Assembly (NCBI GenBank): GCA_964422735.1
Contig: CAYRCD010000001.1
Coordinates: forward strand, 10,501-74,500
DNA from: an uncultured Dehalococcoidia bacterium
Lineage (GTDB): Bacteria > Chloroflexota > Dehalococcoidia > DSTF01 > WHTK01
Length of the DNA stretch: 64,000 bases
Direction of reading: 5' to 3'
Shown here: in pieces, positions 26,604-35,649 of the stretch
Numbering within the stretch: position 1 is the first letter of the stretch
Layout: every line of letters starts with the position of its first letter
Notes under the pieces: model-generated
Told to the model about the DNA's origin: nothing
Database searches by the model: none
The model's input: only the letters and a program-made list of their open reading frames with translations
Made by a program: the position numbers and the translations under genes

Positions 26604-27212
26604 CTAGCTCGGGAAGACCGCCAGGCGCTCATAGCGGGCGCCGCCCGGACCCAGATTGCTGCGCATCAGGCTCACGCGCTCGACGGTGAAGGACGGCATC
26701 GCCGATATCGCCGCCGCGGCAAGAGCGACCTCGAAAGCCTGCCGCCCCTCGCCGGGGAGCGCATATGGTATACGCGCCAGCGTGAGGTGAGGCGTCAGCC
26801 CGCGTTTCTCGAGGCGGAAGCCAGAGGCATGGAGCCACGTGTCGATCCTCTGTGCGAGCCTTATCAGCCCAACCGTGTCCCCCGTGAGGCCGGCCCAGAC
26901 CACTCGGGGCGCGCGACGGTCGCTGAACACTCCGATGCGGTGAAGGCTGATGATGAGGTTTGGCGGCTCGGGGACCGCCTGGTTAAGCGCGGACTCCACC
27001 GACGCTCGCCTGGATTCGGGCACTTCGCCGACGAACTTGAGCGTGAGGTGAATCGCCTCAGGCCGTACCCAACGCAGGCGAAGTGCCGGATCGAGCGCAC
27101 CCCGCAGCGTATCCTGCAGGGTGCCGAGGGCCGCAATCCAGGACTCAGGCAGCTCGGCGGCGACGAACAGCCGTAGTTGCGGGTCTCGCGATTGCCGGCG
27201 TTCTTGATTCAC
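26604..27212 (-). CDS. thpR: RNA 2',3'-cyclic phosphodiesterase (2H family, ThpR/LigT)
   Basis: Two HxT motifs (IHLTLKFVG and PHLTLARI). Length is about 200 aa. Confidence 0.85.
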   Translation of the reverse strand: MNQERRQSRDPQLRLFVAAELPESWIAALGTLQDTLRGALDPALRLRWVRPEAIHLTLKFVGEVPESRRASVESALNQAVPEPPNLIISLHRIGVFSDRRAPRVVWAGLTGDTVGLIRLAQRIDTWLHASGFRLEKRGLTPHLTLARIPYALPGEGRQAFEVALAAAAISAMPSFTVERVSLMRSNLGPGGARYERLAVFPS

Positions 27213-28025
27213 TTGATCCTCGGAAGCCGCGCGGCGTTGCCGCCCAGCACGGAGCGGGCAGCCGCGCCGTCTCCCAGTGCGGCCTCAACCTCGCGTCTGG
27301 CCGTCTCCTGGGGAACAAGCGGAAAAGCGCTCCCGAACAGGATCTGGTCCTCGCCGACGAGGGCTAACGCCGTCCGAAAGACGTCCGCGAAATGTGGGAG
27401 TTGCGTCGCCGCTGTATCGAACCAGCAGGACTCAAACGCGCGCTTCACTTCCGGCATCAGGGCGTAGAACGGCAGACCCCGTCCCCGTGAGCGCTGATCA
27501 CGCGCAGTCCCGGGTGGCCTTCGACAAACGCCGCGAAGTCGGTGAGAGGGAGTCCCGCCTTACCGGCATAGGCGTGCCCCACCGGCTCTGAGACATGAAA
27601 CAGGTCATTGTCGCCGGCGGCCCCTGCCAGCGCCTCCCCCTCCGACATGCCGATGTCGTAGCCCTGGTCGATCGGCCGCGGCTCGCCGAGGCCGGATGCG
27701 CCGAGCCGTGCGCAGCGTTCGATCTCAGCCGTCAGCATGTCTTTGCCGGCGCGTGGTTGGACGCAGCGCTCCAGGCGAAGCCGAGGACGCCGGAGACATC
27801 GATCCCGGCACCGCTCATGCTTTCGAGCAAGTCTTCCGCCGTGGCGAGCTTCGTCCGCGGGTCGCGATATATGGCGCCAAAGGCCGCGTCGCGGCGGCAG
27901 GATTCCTTCTTGGCGCCGATCATGCTCGGCGGGAACACGTGTGTGTGGAAGTCCACTATCACGACGGGATCATACCAGCGGCCGCCCCGCTCACGCCCTG
28001 GATTGTTGAGCGGATCGCTCAACAA
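27209..28025 (-). pseudogene. amidohydrolase-2 family gene split over three reading frames
   Basis: ORFs 27732..28025 (VDFHTHVFPP), 27457..27738 (ISAHGDG) and 27209..27457 (ILFGSAFPL) are consecutive parts of one TIM-barrel amidohydrolase. The frames switch near 27735 and in the G-runs at about 27465. Confidence 0.7.
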
Positions 28026-28033
28026 ATGGCAAG

Positions 28034-28885
28034 ATGCAGCCGGAGTCGCTCGCCTTGTCCGACATCGTAATCCTCGCCGGCCTCGTGCTCCTTGGCGTCG
28101 TGGTCGGCGCCTACGGCACGCTGATCGGCGCCGGCGGCGGCTTCGTGCTCACGCCCGCCTTGCTGCTTCTCCATCCGCAGCGGCCCGCCGACGTGATTAC
28201 CGCGGTTTCGCTGGGCGTCGTGTTTTTCAACGCCGCCTCCGGCGCGCTGGCCTACGCACGCCAGGGCCGGATCGATTACCTGGCGGCGGCGATTTTCGCG
28301 GCGGCGACGCTCCCGGGGGCAATCGCCGGCGCGCTCGTGACCGGTCGCCTCCCCCGCCCTACCTTTGAGGCGGCGTTTGCCGTCCTCCTCCTTCTGGTCG
28401 CGGTGTGGCTGGTGTTGCCGCGGCCGGCGCACGTCCTCACGACGCCGCCGCCGCGCCGCTATCTCCGCCGTGTCCGCACCGATGCCGGGGGAGACACCTA
28501 CGCGTACTCCTTTGACCCCTTTCTCGGGGCCGGCTTCGGCCTGGGCATCGGGTTTGTGTCCAGCCTGTTCGGAGTCGGCGGCGGCATCATCTACGTGCCG
28601 GCGATGGTCCTTCTCATGAGGTTCCCGGGCTATATCGCGACCGCCACCTCGACCTTCACTCTGATGTTCACGGCCGGCGCGGGCGCCGCCGTCCACCTCG
28701 TCCAGGGTGACTACGGCGGCGTTATCGCCGAGGAGGTCTCGCTTGCCGCCGGCGTGCTCGTCGGCGCCCAACTCGGCGCGCGGTCCTCCGTCTGGCTCGC
28801 GCCTCGCCAGGGCGTCGTACTCCGGCTTCTAAGTCTGGCGCTGGCCCTCGTCGGGGTCCGGCTTCTGTACGGCGCCCTACTCTAA
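28034..28885 (+). CDS. TauE/SafE family anion (sulfite-type) exporter
   Basis: Duplicated 4-TM halves with GTLIGAGGGFVLTP and LFGVGGGIIYVP. Confidence 0.85.
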   Translation: MQPESLALSDIVILAGLVLLGVVVGAYGTLIGAGGGFVLTPALLLLHPQRPADVITAVSLGVVFFNAASGALAYARQGRIDYLAAAIFAAATLPGAIAGALVTGRLPRPTFEAAFAVLLLLVAVWLVLPRPAHVLTTPPPRRYLRRVRTDAGGDTYAYSFDPFLGAGFGLGIGFVSSLFGVGGGIIYVPAMVLLMRFPGYIATATSTFTLMFTAGAGAAVHLVQGDYGGVIAEEVSLAAGVLVGAQLGARSSVWLAPRQGVVLRLLSLALALVGVRLLYGALL

Positions 28886-29356
28886 GGTCTTGGCGACGTT
28901 GACGATTTGGCGCCGGCTAAGGGGCGGGCCGAGGGCGAGGACCTCGTAGTAGAAGCCGCCCCGCGCCCATACGATGCGGTATTCCGCGCGCCTGGAGCCG
29001 TCATTGCGCTCGATCAGGTCGGCGTTCACTCCCGCGAGGAGCTCGATCACGATGTGAGAGGCGCCCGCCGGGTCCGCGCTCTGAATCGGCGCGACCTGCG
29101 ACTGGCGAACGCTAATCTCGAAGGGGCCGTCGAAGAACATCGTCGCGCTCTGGCGGCCGGCCGCGCCGGTGACGTCGACCGAGGTCAGGCCTTGACCCTC
29201 TGGCAGATCGCAGGGGTAGAGCAGGGTGAAGGCGGCCTTTGCCCGCGCGGCGTCGAGGGTAGCCGCCTCCCTCGACCCTTCCGCCGGGAAGTCACAACCC
29301 CCGGTCGGCTCTGTGACGGTGCAGACGGCGGCCGAATAGACGGCCACGGCCACCAC
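28877..29356 (-). CDS. hypothetical exported protein (family not recognised)
   Basis: Hydrophobic N-terminus, then Cys-containing soluble part. The upstream in-frame sequence RRIIKYGLLAA lacks a canonical start. Confidence 0.5.
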   Translation of the reverse strand: MVAVAVYSAAVCTVTEPTGGCDFPAEGSREAATLDAARAKAAFTLLYPCDLPEGQGLTSVDVTGAAGRQSATMFFDGPFEISVRQSQVAPIQSADPAGASHIVIELLAGVNADLIERNDGSRRAEYRIVWARGGFYYEVLALGPPLSRRQIVNVAKTLE

Positions 29357-29393
29357 GGCGGCGAGGAGCCCGTACTTGATGATCCGTCGAACG

Positions 29394-30269
29394 CTAAACG
29401 CCCGCGTAGCTGTGCAGACCCGAGAACACGAAATTGACGGCGAAGTAGGTGAACATCACCGCTCCGAACGCCGCGACCAGGAGCCAGGCCGAGCGACGGC
29501 CCTCCCAGCCGCGCAGGGCTCGGGCGTGCAGGTAGCCCGCGTAGACGAACCACGTCAGCAGGGCCGAGGTCTCCTTCGGGTCCCAACCCCAGTAGCGGCC
29601 CCAGGCGGAGTTCGCCCAGTACGCCCCCAGGGCGATGCCGAGCGTCAGGAGCGGGAAGCCCACCAGAACAGACCAGTATCCGATCTCCTCCAGCGTCTCG
29701 CGCGTGGGCAGGCGCAGGACGCCGCCGGTCGTCGAGCCCGTCTGGACTTGCTCATCGCCTCTACGAAGGTTGAGAAGGTAGAGAACCGAGGCGCCGAAAG
29801 AGACCGACAGGCTACTGTATGCCAGCACCATGGTTGTCACATGAATTGCGAGGATGCGGTTGGCCTGGAGGGCAGGCACGAGGGGATGGACCGACGACGG
29901 GAAGAACAGCAGCGCGATGGTCATGAGGACGGTCGCCACGGTCATCATCACAGCGCTGACCGCTCGCTCCTGGAAGCGCAATTCGAACAGGTTTGAGAAG
30001 AGGGTTATACCCCAGCCCAGGGCGACCGTGTATTCCCAGAGGTTCCCGATTGGAGGCCGGTCGACGGCGAACGTACGGAAGATGATCGATGCGGTAAGGA
30101 GAAGAAGGGCCAGACGGCTCGTGGCAACGCCAAGAGCGCCCAGAGCCGGCGGCGCTTCGACCCTGACCGGCATCGTAACGCTGACCGAGCCGGTCGCCGC
30201 CTGACGGTAGACCGTCCAGGTCGCGACCGCGGCGACCAGGTGGCTGAGCGCCCCTGTAGCGGCGAGCAC
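29394..30269 (-). CDS. ccsA: cytochrome c biogenesis protein CcsA/ResC (system II heme handling)
   Basis: W-rich motif WGRYWGWDPKETSALLTW with polytopic TM topology. Confidence 0.85.
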   Translation of the reverse strand: MLAATGALSHLVAAVATWTVYRQAATGSVSVTMPVRVEAPPALGALGVATSRLALLLLTASIIFRTFAVDRPPIGNLWEYTVALGWGITLFSNLFELRFQERAVSAVMMTVATVLMTIALLFFPSSVHPLVPALQANRILAIHVTTMVLAYSSLSVSFGASVLYLLNLRRGDEQVQTGSTTGGVLRLPTRETLEEIGYWSVLVGFPLLTLGIALGAYWANSAWGRYWGWDPKETSALLTWFVYAGYLHARALRGWEGRRSAWLLVAAFGAVMFTYFAVNFVFSGLHSYAGV

Positions 30270-30295
30270 GAACCCGCCCAGAAACGCGTAATACG

Positions 30296-31159
30296 CTAGG
30301 TTGGCGATGGCGCTGCCCCCGCCCGCGCCTCGGGCAGGTCCACCGGAGCAGGTTCACCATGCACCGACGCCGGTGCTTCTGATTGCTGCTGCCGCGGCGG
30401 CCGGCCGATCCGCACCCGCTTGAAGCTCTCGGTGAGGCCACGGCGCCCGGGCCGGCGGGCGCGCTCCTGGTACTGCTTCATCATTTCCTCGCGGTTGCGG
30501 GTTGAGACCTGACTCCTGTGACACAGGATAGCGTCTACTTTTCTCTCGATGAAGTTGCTGATGTCGACGAAGTAATCGGGGTCTTCAGCCCCGGCCAGGA
30601 GCAGCTCGTTGACCTGGTGGCCGCCCAACCCCTCTTTCTGGTGCTCCTCGTAGTACAGGTGGTCGCGCACGGCGGGGAAGACCGCGTCGCGCGTGGCGAT
30701 GCCGATGTTGCGGTGGTCTGTGTGGTTGAAGCCCTTGCGAAAGCCGTCCCAGGTCAGGACGACGTCGACCTTGTACTTTCGCAGCAGGCGCACGATCTGG
30801 CCCCGCAGCTCTGTCGTCGCTTCCAGGAAGCCGTCCGGATAGCCGAGGAAGAACACTTCCTTTACGCCAAGAGCGGTGGCGGCTTCGCGCTGCTCCTCTT
30901 CCCGCAGGGCGGCCAGCTCCTGGCGAGTAAAATTCTCGTGGGTTCCTTTGTCGCCGCTGGTCGCGAGCACGTAATAGACCGTCCAGCCCTCCGCGCACCA
31001 CCTGGCGATGCTCCCGGCCGAGGTGAAGTCGATGTCGTCCGGATGCGCCATTACGGCCATCAGCGTCTTCGGTCCCTCCAGTGGAGGTATGGCTTGTGCG
31101 CGGGCGCCATTGCCGCGGGCGCCGTTTCGCCACAGCCAGGAAGCGAGGTTGAAGGCCAT
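30296..31159 (-). CDS. PIG-L/LmbE family N-acetylglucosaminyl deacetylase
   Basis: VMAHPDDIDFTSAG and HTDHRNIG (zinc motifs). Confidence 0.85.
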   Translation of the reverse strand: MAFNLASWLWRNGARGNGARAQAIPPLEGPKTLMAVMAHPDDIDFTSAGSIARWCAEGWTVYYVLATSGDKGTHENFTRQELAALREEEQREAATALGVKEVFFLGYPDGFLEATTELRGQIVRLLRKYKVDVVLTWDGFRKGFNHTDHRNIGIATRDAVFPAVRDHLYYEEHQKEGLGGHQVNELLLAGAEDPDYFVDISNFIERKVDAILCHRSQVSTRNREEMMKQYQERARRPGRRGLTESFKRVRIGRPPRQQQSEAPASVHGEPAPVDLPEARAGAAPSPT

Positions 31160-31171
31160 CGCAGTCTCTCC

Positions 31172-32410
31172 CTACGTGCCTGCCGACAAGAGGCGGCCGG
31201 CCGGGCCGCTTACGAGTGAATGATAGATGTCCAGGACCTGGCCGGCGACGTTCTCCCAGCGGTAACGCCCCACGGCTTCGCGGGCGGCCTCGCCAAGGCC
31301 GCGCCTTAGTGAGTCGTTCTCGAGCAGCATCTCGATGCGGGCGGCGAACGGCTCCGGGCAGAGCCAGGGCACCAGATAGCCGGTTTCGCCATCCTTCACC
31401 GTGCCGGTGAGTCCGCCGACCCGGGAGGCAACAACCGGGACGCCGCACGCCATCGCCTCCACGGCCACGAGACCGAAACTCTCGTAGTGAGAAGGAACGA
31501 CGCACACGTCGGCCGCGTTGTAGAAGAGGGGCAGTTTGTCGTGGTCGACGGCGCCGACGAACGCCACCCGGTGGGCTATGCCCAGGTCTTTGGCCAGCCC
31601 CTGAAGCTCCTCCACACGCTCGGCCGAGCTCTCGTCGCCCCCCACGATCAGCACGCTGCAGTCGACGTCGCTCTCGAGCATCGCCGCCGCGTTGATCAGG
31701 ATGTCCACGCCCTTGAGGGGCTCGATGCGGCCCACGAACAGGATGATGCGCTCGTCCTTGAACCCCAGCTCCGCTCGCGCGCCGTCCTTGTCGAACGGCC
31801 GGAAGCGGTCGAGGTCGATGCCCAGCGGCACGATGTCGACCTTCTCTGAGTCCGCGCCATATAGGCTCACGAGCAGCGATTTCTCGTGCTCGGTCGCGCA
31901 GATTATGCGGTCGACGCCGCGGACCACGCGCGCCTCTCCCTCGATCCGGACCGGCGGCTCGCTCTCGTCGGGACTGGCTCTGTTCTTGATTTCCCCGAGG
32001 GTGTGAAACATTGTCACGTGCGGAATCGCCCAGGCGGCCTTCGCCTTCTCACCCACAAGGCCCGAGAGCCAGTAATGACTGTGAATGAGGTCGTAAGCCG
32101 TGGCCTCGCTCCGGCAGAACTCCAGGAGTGCCCCTTCGAACGCCTCCAGGTGCTTGAAGACGCTTTCCGGTGAAAGGTTTCGAGCCGGTCCGGCGCGCAG
32201 CTGGACCACGCGCAGACCCGGTTCAACACCAACCACGAGAGGCGTCTCCGGGCTCGTCGCCCTGGTGAAGATGTCGACGACGGCGCCGCGGCGTACCATC
32301 TCCTGGGCCAGTTCCAGCACGTAAACGTTTAGGCCCCCGGCCTTGCTGCCGCCCGGCTGGGCCAGAGGAGAGGTGTGAACGGTGATGACGGCGATCCGCA
32401 GAGGTGCCAT
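31172..32410 (-). CDS. GT4 family glycosyltransferase, MshA-like N-terminal motif
   Basis: RIAVITVHTSPLAQPGGSKAGGLNVYVLELA and C-terminal ESFGLVAVEAMACGVPVV. The start is taken at ATG 32410, 2 nt after the upstream stop. Confidence 0.85.
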   Translation of the reverse strand: MAPLRIAVITVHTSPLAQPGGSKAGGLNVYVLELAQEMVRRGAVVDIFTRATSPETPLVVGVEPGLRVVQLRAGPARNLSPESVFKHLEAFEGALLEFCRSEATAYDLIHSHYWLSGLVGEKAKAAWAIPHVTMFHTLGEIKNRASPDESEPPVRIEGEARVVRGVDRIICATEHEKSLLVSLYGADSEKVDIVPLGIDLDRFRPFDKDGARAELGFKDERIILFVGRIEPLKGVDILINAAAMLESDVDCSVLIVGGDESSAERVEELQGLAKDLGIAHRVAFVGAVDHDKLPLFYNAADVCVVPSHYESFGLVAVEAMACGVPVVASRVGGLTGTVKDGETGYLVPWLCPEPFAARIEMLLENDSLRRGLGEAAREAVGRYRWENVAGQVLDIYHSLVSGPAGRLLSAGT

Positions 32411-32412
32411 GG

Positions 32413-33429
32413 CTACCGCCGGATCGTGATCGTGTATATCTGCTGATCGGTCGCGCCGAGGTCGTACTTGTAGGGCTCGTTTCCACGCAGGAAATCGAGC
32501 CCCTTCTTTCCGTTCTCGATCGCCCAGCGCAGACACAGTGCCTTGGACACGAGTCCCACCGACAGGCCGGCGAGGTCAGGGTCGTAACCCGAGTTGTACA
32601 TGTACAGGAAGCTTCCTGCGTCGAAGCCGAGGACCGTTGCCGCGGGCTTGCCCGAGACGTAGAGCATGAACAGGCGCACCAAACCCGCGTGCGCCAGGGC
32701 AGAGGCCATGCGCCGGAAGAACTCCGGCATGCGTCCGCTCATGAACTCGGCCTTGTCCTGACGGCTTACCGTGTGCAGGTGAAGGAAATCGTCCATGGCG
32801 GCGCTCACGTCGTCCGGGGTCTCGAAGACCTTCAGCTCAACGTTGGCGCCGCTCTCGAACAGCCGTCTCATCTTCCGGCGCAGCTCGTGGCGGTCTTTCT
32901 TGCTCAACGACGCGAGGTAGTCATCCCAGGTCGCGGGCAGGGCCAGCCGCGGGGCCACGGCCTCCGGCTCCTCGGCGACGGCGTAGCCCGAGCCGGCGGC
33001 GAGAGACTTCAGGGCCGCCCGCGTTGGTGAGCAGTCCATCAGGCCCCAGAGCCTCAGCTCCGACCAGTCCTCCGCGCACAGCTTCGCCCAGATCTTTCTG
33101 TAGGCTTCGTCGCGGCGGTCCGGCGCTACCAGCACGTCCATGAAGTCACAGACCGAGCTGTCACCCATGAAGGTGACGCGCCCCTCCTCCCGCATCAAAG
33201 GCGCGATCGCCAGAGCGCCATCGTCGCCCGCGCGCAGTATGAGCGGCTCGCGTTCGTCGCCGAACTCGTCAAACCAGGAACGGAGCCAGGACGGGTGAAG
33301 GAAGGTCGTGTGTTCGGACTGGAGGGCGAGGAGACAGTCTATTTCCGAGTCGATATCGCGGGTCTCAGCAGTCGCTCCGGGCAAATGATCGCTCCAAACA
33401 TAGCGCTCCCTTTCCGGGAGCGGAGGCAC
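32413..33429 (-). CDS. CelD/BcsL-like (FemAB-fold) GNAT acyltransferase
   Basis: The C-terminal half reads VRLFMLYVSGKPAATVLGFDAGSFLYMYNSGYDP...GLDFLRGNEPYKYDLGA, which fits the Acetyltransf_6-type pattern. Confidence 0.7.
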   Translation of the reverse strand: MPPLPERERYVWSDHLPGATAETRDIDSEIDCLLALQSEHTTFLHPSWLRSWFDEFGDEREPLILRAGDDGALAIAPLMREEGRVTFMGDSSVCDFMDVLVAPDRRDEAYRKIWAKLCAEDWSELRLWGLMDCSPTRAALKSLAAGSGYAVAEEPEAVAPRLALPATWDDYLASLSKKDRHELRRKMRRLFESGANVELKVFETPDDVSAAMDDFLHLHTVSRQDKAEFMSGRMPEFFRRMASALAHAGLVRLFMLYVSGKPAATVLGFDAGSFLYMYNSGYDPDLAGLSVGLVSKALCLRWAIENGKKGLDFLRGNEPYKYDLGATDQQIYTITIRR

Positions 33430-33587
33430 GGCGCGCCGGCGGCTCCGGGCCGCCTGAATCAGACAGGCACAGTAAATATTAGGGTTAGCCTCCCAAGGGC
33501 GTCAAACGATGTCGTGTTTCAGGACTGCGAGACCGAAGGAGGCCGCGGCCGCAGCCCCCGCGAGACGGACTCGCCCGCGGCGATCGC

Positions 33588-34652
33588 CTAAAACCCGAGC
33601 GCGCGCTCGATCGCCTCGAGCTCGGGCGGGACGTCGAACTGCTCCCGTTTAATCCCCAGGGCCGTGTCTGGGTCCTTGAGGCCGTTCCCCGTGATGATGC
33701 AGACGCACACCCTGCCGGCGAGACCTCCGCCAGCTCCGACAGTCTTGAGCAGGCCCGCCAGCGAAGCCGCCGATGCCGGCTCGCAGAAGACACCCTCTTC
33801 CCGGGCCAGGCGCCTATACGCGTCCATAATCTCCTCGTCGCTGACGCTGTCGATGCTTCCTTCGGACTCGTTGCTCGCGGCCAGGGCGCCCTTCCAGCTT
33901 GCCGGGTTGCCGATGCGTATGGCCGATGCGATCGTCCGCGGCTCAGCCACAGCATGACCGAGGACGATCGGCGCCGCCCCGGCGGCCTGGAAACCCAGCA
34001 TCCGCGGGTGCCGCGCGGCGCGCCCGCGCTCGGCGTATTCCTGGAATCCGGCCCAGTAGGCCGTGATGTTCCCGGCGTTGCCCACGGGGATGAAGACATT
34101 GTCCGGCGCCTCGCCCAGATCGTCGACAATTTCGAACGCGGCCGTCTTTTGACCGGCAATGCGGTGCGGATTCACCGAGTTCACCAGCGCCACGGGATGC
34201 TTCGCGCAGAACTCCCGTGCCAGCCTGAGTGCGTCATCGAAGTTACCGTCGATGGCGACGATCCTGGCGCCGTAGGCGATGCTCTGGGCCAGCTTGCCCG
34301 GCGCGACTTGGCCGCTCGGAATGAAGACGTAGGCGTCGAGGCCGCAATGAGCGGCGTAAGCCGCCGCGGAAGCGCTGGTGTTGCCAGTGGACGCGCATAG
34401 CACCGCGCGGTTGCCGGCTTCAATCGCTTTCGCCACCGCGACCACCATGCCCCGGTCTTTGAAAGAACCCGTTGGGTTACAGCTCTCCAGCTTGAAGTAA
34501 AGGTCGTCGATGCCGAGGCTGGGCCCGATGTGCCGCGAGCGGACCAGCGGAGTGCTGCCTTCACCCAGGTCGATCTGAGGCGTCGCCGGAGTTATCGGCA
34601 ACAGCTCGGCGTAACGCCGGAGGACACCGGGGCGGGCGCTACTCTTCGCCAA
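33588..34652 (-). CDS. thrC: threonine synthase
   Basis: CNPTGSFKDRGM (PLP Lys) and ASTGNTSAS. The start is a TTG overlapping the upstream gene. Confidence 0.93.
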   Translation of the reverse strand: MAKSSARPGVLRRYAELLPITPATPQIDLGEGSTPLVRSRHIGPSLGIDDLYFKLESCNPTGSFKDRGMVVAVAKAIEAGNRAVLCASTGNTSASAAAYAAHCGLDAYVFIPSGQVAPGKLAQSIAYGARIVAIDGNFDDALRLAREFCAKHPVALVNSVNPHRIAGQKTAAFEIVDDLGEAPDNVFIPVGNAGNITAYWAGFQEYAERGRAARHPRMLGFQAAGAAPIVLGHAVAEPRTIASAIRIGNPASWKGALAASNESEGSIDSVSDEEIMDAYRRLAREEGVFCEPASAASLAGLLKTVGAGGGLAGRVCVCIITGNGLKDPDTALGIKREQFDVPPELEAIERALGF

Positions 34653-35649
34653 GGGTGATGCCCCGGCTGTGGATATCGCGCGACTCCTTTTCCAGGGCTG
34701 CCATCCGGCGCTTCCTGAACTCGGTTTCGAGGTCGACGACCGCCCGCAGGTAACCGCTGAGGTGCTCCCGGACGTCCGTCAGGCGGCTGTCGAGGTTGCG
34801 CAGCTCGTCTTGGTAGCCGCTGATCCTGGCCTCTATCAGAGAGCCGCGCTCCGCCTGTGCGGTCAGCGCTTCGTTGAGCCTGTCCGCCTCGAGAGTAAGG
34901 TCCGTGATGCGCTCGCCGTGGCGCGATCGCTCGGCCTGGACTAACTCCAGGCGGTCGTCGATGCGGTCGATCCGGCCGATGTGTCCTTTCATGTTCTCGA
35001 GGTCCCCCTCGAGGCGGGCGAGGCGTTCGGCAAGGCTCTGGAAGCGCTCCTTGTGGGCCTCATCTTCGCGGTGAAGATCGGTCAGGGCGCCGGCGACCCT
35101 GGTTAGCTCCTGGTCCATGCGGCTTAGCGTCGTGTGGTCTCGCGCCTGGCGGGCGTTCGTCTCCTGCGCGTCCGCCTGCAGGGCTTCCAGTTTGACCTGG
35201 AGCTGGGAAGTGGCTTCCAGGTTCCGCCTGTTCACGTCCTCGTAGGCGGTCACGCGTTCCTGCCACGTGTCGACCTGACGCTGGACCTCGGCCACGCGGC
35301 GGCCCGAATCGTTGCGTTCCTGCCGCTCACGTTCGGCGTCGCCCGAAACCCGCCGCTCGAGCTCGTCGCGGCTCTGGCGCAGCGAATTGATGTCGTCCGC
35401 CGCGCGGGCGAGCTGATCGCGGACCAGGCGCAGCTCCTCTTGAAGGTTCGTGATCGTCGCGGCCTGGGATTCAACCAGGTCGACGCGCGTCATTAGAGTG
35501 TGGGCCTTCTCCGCGGCGTCTGTCGCCAGATTCCGGCTCTGCTCCGAAGCGCTCTGCACCACGGACAGCCGGCTCTTGATCTCCGCCAGCTCGCGGTGGA
35601 CCCAGGCCAGGGTATCGCCGGTGAGCTGGACCTCGCGTTTGGCCGTCAC
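34639..35649 (-). CDS. coiled-coil protein of unknown function (336 aa)
   Basis: Heptad-like, E/R/L/Q-rich over nearly the whole length. It overlaps the hom stop by 4 nt and the thrC start by 14 nt. Confidence 0.65.
   Translation of the reverse strand: MTAKREVQLTGDTLAWVHRELAEIKSRLSVVQSASEQSRNLATDAAEKAHTLMTRVDLVESQAATITNLQEELRLVRDQLARAADDINSLRQSRDELERRVSGDAERERQERNDSGRRVAEVQRQVDTWQERVTAYEDVNRRNLEATSQLQVKLEALQADAQETNARQARDHTTLSRMDQELTRVAGALTDLHREDEAHKERFQSLAERLARLEGDLENMKGHIGRIDRIDDRLELVQAERSRHGERITDLTLEADRLNEALTAQAERGSLIEARISGYQDELRNLDSRLTDVREHLSGYLRAVVDLETEFRKRRMAALEKESRDIHSRGITLGEE

Noticed and set aside
31172-32410. Calling the GT4 gene mshA and the cassette a mycothiol pathway
   Set aside because: Only the N-terminal motif resembles MshA. 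No mshC, mshD or ino1 is in the window, and the third gene is a CelD-like acyltransferase. The evidence supports only 'MshA-like GT4'.
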